A stretch of DNA of 64,000 nt from an uncultured Eubacteriales bacterium (GTDB taxonomy: Bacteria > Bacillota > Clostridia > Oscillospirales > Acutalibacteraceae): assembly GCA_964390295.1 (NCBI GenBank), contig CAYMHR010000003.1:27514-91513 (forward strand), written 5' to 3'. The translations under genes were made by a program, and so were the position numbers. This document shows positions 20,393-27,756 of the stretch, piece after piece. The notes under the pieces are model-generated. The model had not been told where the DNA came from. It was given only the letters and a program-made list of their open reading frames with translations, and did no database searches. Within the stretch, counting starts at the first letter, position 1. Each line of letters opens with the position of its first letter.

Positions 20393-21505
20393 ATGCGTTA
20401 CAACACGGCACTCGGTTTGTTGTTTTCCAACATGCACGATGAAACGCTGCCGGAATTTACGGCGGTTCGTGCCATCGGCTCCGTCCCGTTCGGCGGACGG
20501 TATCGGTTAATCGACTTTGCGCTTTCCAATTTGGTCAATGCCGGCGTTTCCAAGGTCGGCGTTGTGACCAAAAGTAATTATCAGTCTTTGATGGATCATT
20601 TGGGTTCCGGTAAAGCATGGAACCTTTCCCGTAAGTCGGAGGGCCTGTATTTCCTGCCGCCGTTCGGCGGTGGGGAGGAACGCTACGGCGGCCGGATCAC
20701 CTCGCTGGCCAGCGTTGTGCCCTTTTTGCGGAACTCCAGGGAAGACTACGTGATTTTGTCCGACTGTCACTTCGTCGGCAACATCGATTACGGCAATCTG
20801 ATTCAGGCGCACGTGGACAGCGGAGCCGACGTCACGGTAGCGTGTCTCTCCGGTACGCTTCCGAAGAATATTGCGTCTCCGGTTGTCACCACCGATGAAA
20901 CCGGCCGGATTACCGATATGATTATTACCGATCATAGCGACGGCCCGGTCGTTTACGGCTTGGGTCTGTACATTCTGTCCCGTCAGTTGCTGCTGCAGAT
21001 TATTGATACCGCTGTCAGCCGCAATCAACAGAGCTTCGAGTGGGACGTTCTGCAACGTCACGTCTCGGATCGGCGGCTGTTTGCCTACGTGGTGCCGGAA
21101 TACACCATGGTCATCTCCTCGCTGGAAAGCTATTTCCGGGCTAATTACGCCCTGCTGGATGCCGAAGTGCGCGAAAAGCTGTTCGTGAGCGAACGCCCCA
21201 TTTACACCAAGGTGCGTGATTGCGCACCGGCTTTGTACCGGCTTCACGCCGCCGTGTCCGGCTCGTTGATTGCCGACGGGTGTCAGATCGACGGCTCGGT
21301 GGAGAATTCCATTCTGTTCCGCGACGTTCATGTGGCCAAGGATGCCAAGGTGCGTAACTGTATTTTGATGCAGGGGAGTCTGATTGGTGCCAACAGCGAT
21401 CTAGATTACGTTGTCACCGATAAATACGTCTGTGTTCGTGACGGCCGCACGTTAAAGGGGTGCGATGAATATCCGGTTACAATTCGCAAAAACACCATGG
21501 TATGA
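20393..21505 (+). CDS. glgD: glucose-1-phosphate adenylyltransferase subunit GlgD
   Basis: GlgC paralogue lacking the GGxGxRL loop (FGGRYRLIDFALSNLVNAG), located immediately after glgC. Confidence 0.88.
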   Translation: MRYNTALGLLFSNMHDETLPEFTAVRAIGSVPFGGRYRLIDFALSNLVNAGVSKVGVVTKSNYQSLMDHLGSGKAWNLSRKSEGLYFLPPFGGGEERYGGRITSLASVVPFLRNSREDYVILSDCHFVGNIDYGNLIQAHVDSGADVTVACLSGTLPKNIASPVVTTDETGRITDMIITDHSDGPVVYGLGLYILSRQLLLQIIDTAVSRNQQSFEWDVLQRHVSDRRLFAYVVPEYTMVISSLESYFRANYALLDAEVREKLFVSERPIYTKVRDCAPALYRLHAAVSGSLIADGCQIDGSVENSILFRDVHVAKDAKVRNCILMQGSLIGANSDLDYVVTDKYVCVRDGRTLKGCDEYPVTIRKNTMV

Positions 21506-21542
21506 TCGACGCGAAAATCCCCGGTGAAAATAGGAGGACACT

Positions 21543-22967
21543 ATGAAAGTTTTGTATGCGACCAGTGAGGCACGTCCGTTTGCCGCTTCCGGCGGACTGG
21601 CCGATGTTGCCGGTTCTTTACCGCGCGCCCTGCGTACCCGGCTGGTCGGGTGCCGCGTGGTCATGCCGTTGTACGAAGCCGTTCCGCAGGAGCTGCGCGA
21701 TTCGATGACGTTTTTGACCAGCTTTTCGGTGCCGGTTGCGTGGCGCCGTCAGTATTGCGGCGTGTTTGAAGCCAAGCATAACGGCGTGATCTACTATCTG
21801 CTGGACAACCAATATTATTTTAAGCGTGCCGGCTTGTATGGGCATTACGACGATGCCGAGCGGTTTGCCTTCTTTTCCCGTGCAGTACTGGAGATGTTGC
21901 GTTATATCGACTTTAAGCCGGATATTTTGCACGCCAACGATTGGCAATGTGCACTGATTCCGGTGTATCATACGCTGTTTTACGCTCAAGAAGAGCTGTA
22001 TCGTTCCATGCGGACCGTGTACACCATTCACAATATTCAGTATCAGGGCAAATACAGCATGGAAATTTTAGAGGACGTGTTCGGTATTCCGCAAAGTGCG
22101 CGTGAATTTATGGAGCACGACGGATGTATCAACTTGATGAAGGCCGGCATCGAAGCAGCAAACCGTGTTACTACGGTCAGCGAAACCTATGCTGGAGAAA
22201 TTCTCGACCCGTGGTTTTCGCACGGCTTGGATTCCATTTTGCGGATGCGCCAGTGGAAGCTGTCCGGAATCCTCAACGGAATCGATACCGAACAAAACGA
22301 CCCGGCTACCGACCCGGCGTTGTACGCACCGTATTCCGCCGCCGACGTGTCCGGCAAGGCGGAAAACAAACGTGCCTTGCAGGAGCGGTTGGGTCTGCCG
22401 ATACGCGCCGACGTGCCGTTGATCGGCATGGTCAGCCGCTTGGCCTCTCACAAAGGCTTCGACCTGGTTAAATACGTGCAGGACGCCTTGCTGCAGGAGG
22501 ATGTGCAAATGGTCGTTCTCGGCTCCGGCGAATGGACGTATGAAACGTTTTTCCGCGAAATGTATGCCAAGTATCCGGAAAAATTCTGCTTCTGTTCCGG
22601 CTTCGTTCCGGAGCTGGCGCAAAAGATATACGCCGCTTCCGATCTGTTCCTTATGCCGTCTCAAAGCGAGCCGTGTGGCCTTTCGCAAATGCTGGCGTGC
22701 CGCTACGGTGCCGTACCGATCGTGCGTGAAACCGGCGGCTTGAAGGATTCGATCCACGATTGTGGCGACGGCAAGGGAAACGGCTTTACGTTCCAAACCT
22801 ACAATGCCGACGATATGCTCAACGCAATCCACCGTGGGTTGGCCGCTTATCATAACAAAACCGATTGGCCAATCATCGTCGATCGTGCCATGCGGAGCGA
22901 CTTCAGTTGGGGGCGTTCTGCCAACGAATATATACGCTTGTATCGATCTTTGCTGAAAGAAGCGTAA
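21543..22967 (+). CDS. glgA: glycogen synthase (ADP-glucose type)
   Basis: MKVLYATSEARPFAASGGLADVAGSLP N-terminus and a GT5 fold. Confidence 0.95.
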   Translation: MKVLYATSEARPFAASGGLADVAGSLPRALRTRLVGCRVVMPLYEAVPQELRDSMTFLTSFSVPVAWRRQYCGVFEAKHNGVIYYLLDNQYYFKRAGLYGHYDDAERFAFFSRAVLEMLRYIDFKPDILHANDWQCALIPVYHTLFYAQEELYRSMRTVYTIHNIQYQGKYSMEILEDVFGIPQSAREFMEHDGCINLMKAGIEAANRVTTVSETYAGEILDPWFSHGLDSILRMRQWKLSGILNGIDTEQNDPATDPALYAPYSAADVSGKAENKRALQERLGLPIRADVPLIGMVSRLASHKGFDLVKYVQDALLQEDVQMVVLGSGEWTYETFFREMYAKYPEKFCFCSGFVPELAQKIYAASDLFLMPSQSEPCGLSQMLACRYGAVPIVRETGGLKDSIHDCGDGKGNGFTFQTYNADDMLNAIHRGLAAYHNKTDWPIIVDRAMRSDFSWGRSANEYIRLYRSLLKEA

Positions 22968-22971
22968 TAGA

Positions 22972-23000
22972 AAAAGACGATCCTCGGATCGTCTTTTCTA
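22972..23000. terminator. bidirectional intrinsic terminator
   Basis: AAAAGACGAT-CCTCGG-ATCGTCTTTT. Confidence 0.8.
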
Positions 23001-23028
23001 TTGCAAAACAGCGGCGTTTTCGGTATAA

Positions 23029-23709
23029 TTATAAATGTTCGTTGGAGCCCAAGGCGTTTTCTGCGTTTTTCAGTAAATTCAGCAGGGAAGACGCAAACAG
23101 GGGATACACCTTGGATAGTTCGTCGGGAAGCAAAACCGGCACCTGCTCGTTGGGAGACAAGGCAGAAGCCAGCACTCCAAGCTTGGCGGCGGACAGGCTC
23201 ATGGCACCGGAAGCCGCCGGCTGGTACAACTCGGTTGGTACCGAGAACAGGGCGGGGGAATTTCGCGTGTCGGCGGTGTACAGGGTGCGGAACAAGGTGT
23301 AGATTGCCATGTTCAAATACGATGCGGCTTCGGCGGTCAGCTCTTCGTTGTTGTACCGTTGCAGTAAGCCGAACAGCAGATTCACGGCGTTGACGACCAG
23401 CTTTTTTTGCAACACGGGAAGAACGCTGCCCGATACGTGGCTGTCTTTCGCTTGGAGATCGCCTTCCGGAATATCGTCCACGGCGATCATCGCGCTGGAT
23501 TTGTCGGCGGTGCGCCCCAGCAGGTAATCGCAGGATACCTCGTAAAAATCGGCGGCGCGTACCACGAAATCCAAACCACATTCGCGGATGCCCTTTTCAT
23601 AATGCGAAAGCAGTGCCTGTGAAATTTTTAATTCAGCGGCCGCCTGTTTTTGGCTGATTCCGCGTTCCTTGCGAAGCAAGGTCAGAGTACGTGAAAACGT
23701 GTTGTTCAT
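23029..23709 (-). CDS. XRE family HTH transcriptional regulator with an uncharacterised C-terminal domain
   Basis: LLRKERGISQKQAAAELKISQALLSHYEKGIRE HTH. ATG at 23709 after GGAGTCC. Confidence 0.8.
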   Translation of the reverse strand: MNNTFSRTLTLLRKERGISQKQAAAELKISQALLSHYEKGIRECGLDFVVRAADFYEVSCDYLLGRTADKSSAMIAVDDIPEGDLQAKDSHVSGSVLPVLQKKLVVNAVNLLFGLLQRYNNEELTAEAASYLNMAIYTLFRTLYTADTRNSPALFSVPTELYQPAASGAMSLSAAKLGVLASALSPNEQVPVLLPDELSKVYPLFASSLLNLLKNAENALGSNEHL

Positions 23710-23808
23710 GGTAGGACTCCTATCCAAATTATACGGTGCGTTATAAATTATATCGCGTCGGATACCATTTGTAAAGTGCAATTTTCGTTAAAAAGCGAGG
23801 AATTTTTT

Positions 23809-24435
23809 GTGAAAAACTATCATATCCACCTCATTCGACACGGCATGACCGAAGCCAACGAGAAAGGCTTGTATATTGGAACGACCGATTTGCCGCTGTC
23901 TGCAACCGGCTTGCGCGATCTGTTAAACAAAAAGCAGGAGGCGCGTTATCCGTCAGCCACGCGGTTTTACGTCAGTCCGTTGCTGCGGTGTCGGCAAACT
24001 TTGGAAGTGCTGTATCCGGGGTGTGAACCGACCGAAATGCCCGGCCTCTCCGAGTGCGATTTCGGCGCGTGGGAGGGGAAAAGCGCCGCCGATCTTCAGC
24101 ACGACGAGGAGTTTCAGCGCTGGATCGCCGGCGAGCTGCCGGATATTCCGGGCGGCGAAGCAACGGCGGATTTTCAAAGCCGCGTAATGGCGGCGTTTGA
24201 AGCGTTGGTAGAGGACGCCATGAAGCACGGAGATACCGATACCGTCGTTTGTACTCACGGCGGCGTCATCATGATGATCATGGCGGCTTACGCCTTGCCG
24301 CGCGCCGATCTGTCGGCGTGGGCCACCGAAGGCGGCTGTGGTTTTACACTTCGTATTACCCTGACACTGTGGATGCGGGAGCCTGTCGCGGAAGCGGTAG
24401 ATTACGTGCCGCTGATTCCCGATCGTCAAAATTGA
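23809..24435 (+). CDS. histidine phosphatase family protein (phosphoglycerate mutase-like)
   Basis: IHLIRHGMTEANE (RHG motif). GTG start after GAGGAA. Confidence 0.8.
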   Translation: MKNYHIHLIRHGMTEANEKGLYIGTTDLPLSATGLRDLLNKKQEARYPSATRFYVSPLLRCRQTLEVLYPGCEPTEMPGLSECDFGAWEGKSAADLQHDEEFQRWIAGELPDIPGGEATADFQSRVMAAFEALVEDAMKHGDTDTVVCTHGGVIMMIMAAYALPRADLSAWATEGGCGFTLRITLTLWMREPVAEAVDYVPLIPDRQN

Positions 24436-24485
24436 GAGAACGGTGGGTCGCACAGCGTCTCCTGCGGTTGTTCTACTTGCCAAAA

Positions 24486-24520
24486 AGCGTCCGACGTCGT
24501 GCGACGTCGGACGCTTCTGC
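24486..24520. terminator. bidirectional intrinsic terminator, with the better U-tract on the minus strand
   Basis: AGCGTCCGACGTCG / CGACGTCGGACGCT stem. The minus-strand RNA continues with UUUUUG. On the + strand TTTT starts 6 nt after the stem. Confidence 0.85.
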
Positions 24521-24532
24521 GTTTTCATTTGT

Positions 24533-24717
24533 CCCGCTCTGCCGTAATATTCTCCGGATAACCTGCTACTATATCGTTCGCAGGTGGGTGTCTGCCCACA
24601 AGGTTCACGCTCCCTTCGTCCCAACGGGTGGGGAGGTCTGCAATCCGCTTGCGGAGCCAAGCTCCCGTATTCCAAGTGTAGTAGGGTTATAAGAGAATGG
24701 TCCGCGTACAGAGCAGG
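24533..24717 (-). ncRNA. candidate ~185-nt structured RNA (extended closing helix with a multi-hairpin core), class unknown
   Basis: Four co-linear helices: CCCGCTCTG/CAGAGCAGG, ATTCTC/GAGAAT, ATAACC/GGTTAT and CTACTA/TAGTAG. They enclose GC-rich hairpins. No ORF. Strand is inferred from a G-U pair and the terminator U-tract. Confidence 0.4.
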
Positions 24718-24726
24718 AGCCGGTCG

Positions 24727-25032
24727 TTATTGCTCCTCGGTTTCTTCGATCTCGTACAGATCGGCCAGGCGTTCTTCAAAGATACCGGCGATTTCTTCAA
24801 ATTCGTCGTCATCCTCAATGGGAAGCAGCAGGTCTTCGCCGTTTTCCTCTTTGACCGTTAAGATGACCAGCTCGCCGTCGTCGTTGATCAGATCGGCCGG
24901 GTTATCGTATACCGGGATTAACGCCACGTAGCGGCCGTCATCGGTTTCGATGGCATCCAGGACTTCAAATTGATGCTGATTTCCCTCATCGTCCACCACG
25001 GTGACCAAATCGTTTCCATATTCTTCCGACAT
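24727..25032 (-). CDS. DUF1292 family protein
   Basis: Small acidic protein with the pattern VTVVDDEGNQHQFEVLDAIETDDGRYVALIP typical of DUF1292. Confidence 0.85.
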   Translation of the reverse strand: MSEEYGNDLVTVVDDEGNQHQFEVLDAIETDDGRYVALIPVYDNPADLINDDGELVILTVKEENGEDLLLPIEDDDEFEEIAGIFEERLADLYEIEETEEQ

Positions 25033-25178
25033 AGGTATATCTCCTTTCTTTCACACCAATAGCGTGCTTTCGCTCTTACTATATTACCCTGTTTTTCAGC
25101 TTTCGTCAAGCAAAAAGTGCCGAAGGAAGGCGGTTCAAAAAAAGTTCACGAAAAGACGAAAAAAGTTCATCAAAAGTA

Positions 25179-25207
25179 TTGACAAGGGTGTGCGGTTGTG
25201 GTATAGT
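25179..25207 (+). promoter_or_regulatory. strong sigma-A promoter of the TSUP leader
   Basis: TTGACA, 17 nt spacer, TATAGT with TG at -15/-14. Two A-tract+GTTCA repeats lie 21 bp apart just upstream. Confidence 0.75.
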
Positions 25208-25213
25208 AAAGAT

Positions 25214-25616
25214 GACAAAAGGATGGACAGAACGAGACGTACACAAGAGGAGTGAGTCCCGTGCATCGTTAAGATCAGGCATTCCCCAATCCATAACAAA
25301 GGATGAGTCCCATGGTTCAAGATTCACGGCTTCAGTGAATGCGGCTTTGGCGATGAAAGGGTTAGGTGAGTCCAATGGGCCACACAGTAAAACCGCGATC
25401 TTACTATCCTAATACAGAAAAGGTGAGTCCCGTGCGCTAACGTGCACTTTGATAGGTTCAACTTGTTATAGATTCCTTTTGATTCCTTCCTTCAATTCAT
25501 TTGTCATAGGTTTAGATTTCCTTTACATACGTTGCACGTCGTGGTCCGGAGGCCTGCTCCAGGTCTCCGGATTTTTGCATATTTTTCTCCGCTCGCACCC
25601 ACACTATCCGGGGGAG
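25214..25616 (+). promoter_or_regulatory. ~400-nt leader with four TGAGTCC modules, a CU-rich tract and a terminator (attenuator candidate)
   Basis: TGAGTCC occurs at 25253, 25304, 25367 and 25424. Each copy has GG upstream and a start codon one nt downstream. See findings. Confidence 0.6.
25545..25577 (+). terminator. intrinsic terminator inside the TSUP leader
   Basis: TCCGGAGGCCTG-CTC-CAGGTCTCCGGA (12 bp, one G-U pair) followed by TTTTTG. Confidence 0.85.
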
Positions 25617-25622
25617 ATGCAA

Positions 25623-25982
25623 ATGAAAAGGCGTACTCAATATACAATCACCGGGGCGCTGGCCGGCACGGCCAACGGCCTGTTCGGAGCCGGTGGTGGT
25701 TTGTTTTTGGTGCCGCTGTTCACTTGGTGGCTCGGCATGGAGCCGAAGCGCGCGTTTGCGACCTCGGTAGCGGTGATTTTTTTGTTGTCACCGGTGTCGT
25801 TGTTGGTGTTTTGGCTACACGGTGATCTGAACCTTGGCGGCACGTGGCCCTATTTGGTCGGTGGAGCACTGGGCGGCATTCTTTCCGGTCGCTTGTTCTC
25901 CAAGCTGTCCGTCACCTGGCTGCGCCGCCTGTTTGGGGCGCTGTTGTTATACGGCGGTGTTCGGGCGGTGATGCTGTGGTAA
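25623..25982 (+). CDS. half-size TSUP (TauE/SafE) family permease, N-terminal-type half
   Basis: GALAGTANGLFGAGGGLFLVPL motif and 4 predicted TM helices. ATG at 25623, 6 nt after GGGGGAG. The upstream part of ORF 25449 covers the terminator and is rejected. Confidence 0.75.
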   Translation: MKRRTQYTITGALAGTANGLFGAGGGLFLVPLFTWWLGMEPKRAFATSVAVIFLLSPVSLLVFWLHGDLNLGGTWPYLVGGALGGILSGRLFSKLSVTWLRRLFGALLLYGGVRAVMLW

Positions 25983-25984
25983 AG

Positions 25985-26374
25985 GTGATTGTCGCCATCG
26001 GCGTGGGTCTGCTGACCGGCATTTTAAGCGGAATGGGAATCGGCGGCGGCTCTTTGCTCATATTGTATTTAACCGCTGTGATCGGAACCGATCAATACGT
26101 TGCCGGCGGAATCAATTTGCTGTATTTTTTATGTTGTGCGCCCACGGCCTTGGCATCGCATATTCTCCACAAGCGATTGGAGTGGCAAGCGGTGCTGTGG
26201 TGCTCCCTGTCAGGCTTTGTTACGTCGCTGGGTGCGGCGTGGCTGGCATCACAGCTGAACACCGATTGGCTTCGCCGCGGATTCGGTGTGCTGTTGCTGT
26301 ACGTTGGCGCACGCGAGCTGTTTTGCAAAAAAGAAGGCCCTGCCACCGAAGAGGGGCAGGGCACAGGCCGTTGA
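25985..26374 (+). CDS. half-size TSUP (TauE/SafE) family permease, second half
   Basis: LTGILSGMGIGGGSLLILYL motif and 4 TM helices. The GTG lies 2 nt after the previous stop. Confidence 0.72.
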   Translation: MIVAIGVGLLTGILSGMGIGGGSLLILYLTAVIGTDQYVAGGINLLYFLCCAPTALASHILHKRLEWQAVLWCSLSGFVTSLGAAWLASQLNTDWLRRGFGVLLLYVGARELFCKKEGPATEEGQGTGR

Positions 26375-26384
26375 CGGCCGTTTC

Positions 26385-26978
26385 TTATTTCAGCATGTAG
26401 ATCGTGACGTTTTGCCGCCCGAAGGTTAGACATTCCTCGCGCGTATCCATGTACAGGTCTACCAGAATCGTATTGTTCAGCAGATCACCGCCGGTATCCT
26501 CGGCAACGGCATATCCGTAAACGTAACCGCTGTCGGAGACGATAAACAGCTTGCTTCCGTAGGCGATCCGCTTGGGATTGACGGCAACGGTACCCCATTG
26601 CGGCGTGGTGCCGGTTGCTGTAACGGCGTTTTCCTTGGCGGTATAAGCGCAGGCAGTGCCCTCCACGGTTCGAACGTAGTGCAGGGGAAGTCCGTCTTCG
26701 TCCAGCGGAAATTCGTCCAGCATTTCGGGGAAGGCACCGGTATAGCGCGCTTCGTTTGCGACCGGTTCGGTCGTGACGGGAGGAATTTCCATCATGTCCG
26801 GCACGGCAAAGTCGGCAACATAGGTGCCGACGGCTTCGGTGGAGGGGGTGGCGCTGTCGGCGACGGGATGAGCCGCGGTGGCAGTTTCCACCCGGTTTCC
26901 GCGATACAGGATCAGCGTGATGGTCAATATCGGAATTGTGGCAATGAGTACAGGCAGAAGCTCTCGGCGCTGTTTCAT
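26385..26978 (-). CDS. 3D domain-containing cell-wall protein
   Basis: N-terminal TM/signal segment. The C-terminal GTVAVNPKRIAYGSKLFI...AEDTGGDL...VDLYMDT matches the 3D (MltA-like) domain pattern. Confidence 0.72.
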   Translation of the reverse strand: MKQRRELLPVLIATIPILTITLILYRGNRVETATAAHPVADSATPSTEAVGTYVADFAVPDMMEIPPVTTEPVANEARYTGAFPEMLDEFPLDEDGLPLHYVRTVEGTACAYTAKENAVTATGTTPQWGTVAVNPKRIAYGSKLFIVSDSGYVYGYAVAEDTGGDLLNNTILVDLYMDTREECLTFGRQNVTIYMLK

Positions 26979-27001
26979 AGCGGCACTCTCCTTTCTTGAC
27001 T

Positions 27002-27031
27002 AGTATACCAAAGCGGCGGCGTGTCTGTCAA
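27002..27031 (-). promoter_or_regulatory. promoter of the 3D-domain gene
   Basis: Minus strand: TTGACA, 18 nt spacer, TATACT, directly upstream of AAAGGAG and the ATG. Confidence 0.5.
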
Positions 27032-27268
27032 ACGACGGACAAGCCGCATTTTTGTGTGAAATGACGGTGCCTTTTTTCAAAAAAGCCCGGTTCCATCGAA
27101 CGTATCCGCTCGAAAGCCGGGAAATTTTTGCTATATTTGTCGCGCCGTTTGTGTAACTTGATAAAATCCCCGTTGCGGTTGCTACCTGCGTTTTTTCAAA
27201 GCATGAGCTCTTAAAGATGAATGTTTGCAACAAGAAGCCTCGCTATTTTACCTGATAATACAAAAAAG

Positions 27269-27297
27269 TTGACAAATCGAAACTTCTCTGCTATTAT
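27269..27297 (+). promoter_or_regulatory. sigma-A promoter of the lipoprotein gene
   Basis: TTGACA, 17 nt spacer, TATTAT. Confidence 0.7.
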
Positions 27298-27303
27298 ATA
27301 TTT

Positions 27304-27450
27304 ACAGAGGATGTGGGAGAGTGATTCCAATGGGGTTTCGTGATCCGTAGTCGCGTTACGTTGAATGAACGTTGTTCGTAAGTGCGCCAACATCCGAGCC
27401 AACGGTTACGTTTGCGTTGTCTTGGCGATAACGGAAAGGGGAGAAAAGAC
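27304..27450 (+). promoter_or_regulatory. structured 5' leader (unknown class)
   Basis: P1 pairs GGATGTGGG (27309-27317) with CCAACATCC (27387-27395) and encloses the hairpin CGCGTTACG...CGTAAGTGCG (27352-27386). Confidence 0.3.
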
Positions 27451-27756
27451 ATGGCAAAACGGGTATTAGCCATTGGAGTAGCATTGCTGTTGATAGTTGT
27501 CACCGCCGCCTGTACAAAGAAAACGACGGGGAGTGACGTCACAGCCAAAACTACCGACCCTGTATCGCAAAGCACCGCTTCTACCGTGACATCAACTTCG
27601 AAAATCGACGGCTCTGTGCCTACCGTTACAACGGCGGCCGAACAGTCGGGCGAGACCGGAACGTCCTCTACCAATACGGTCCTGGTTACCGCATGGCAGA
27701 CGCGTGCGACACAAACCGGCTTGGGTAACGATCGTCTTCCGTGGCGTTCCCGATAG
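27451..27756 (+). CDS. lipoprotein, N-terminal part (signal peptide, lipobox, Ser/Thr-rich linker); possibly frameshifted
   Basis: MAKRVLAIGVALLLIVVTAAC lipobox. The ORF stops at 27756 and overlaps the next ORF by 16 nt in another frame. Confidence 0.6.
   Translation: MAKRVLAIGVALLLIVVTAACTKKTTGSDVTAKTTDPVSQSTASTVTSTSKIDGSVPTVTTAAEQSGETGTSSTNTVLVTAWQTRATQTGLGNDRLPWRSR

Noticed and set aside
24620-24675. GGGTGGGGAGGTCTGCAATCCGCTTGCGG resembles, from memory, the Alu-domain 'UGCAAUCC' region of large bacterial SRP RNA.
   Set aside because: No domain IV signature (GNAR tetraloop with the flanking AGCA and GGAA symmetric loop) is present. A ~265-nt SRP RNA on the + strand would run into the DUF1292 CDS. 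The helix topology is also permuted relative to SRP. I kept it only as an unknown structured element.
25179-25412. 77-aa ORF spanning the TGAGTCC repeats, in which the repeats encode recurring (E/D/G)ES.
   Set aside because: The ORF starts inside the -35 hexamer and has no SD. The repeat conservation is at the nucleotide level and includes flanking non-coding features. I treat the region as leader RNA.
25253-25430. Four short direct repeats with 51-63-nt spacing, considered as a mini-CRISPR.
   Set aside because: The repeat core is only 7-13 nt and is not palindromic. There are no cas genes. The region lies between a promoter and a terminator, upstream of a gene.
25449-25622. N-terminal extension of the first TSUP ORF as given in the ORF track.
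   Set aside because: The extension is AT-rich, runs through the 12-bp terminator hairpin and starts with TTG without an SD. The ATG at 25623 has a proper SD.
26979-27450. c-di-AMP (ydaO-type) or THF-type riboswitch near the 3D-domain and lipoprotein genes.
   Set aside because: The 3D gene has a promoter directly abutting its SD, so there is no leader. The lipoprotein leader lacks the ydaO GGGGACCC / GGGGUGAAUC / CCGxCAGCUAAC blocks. It shares only short strings (GGGAGAGUG, CGCGUUACG, CAUCCG) with THF-I and has no complementary P2 strand.
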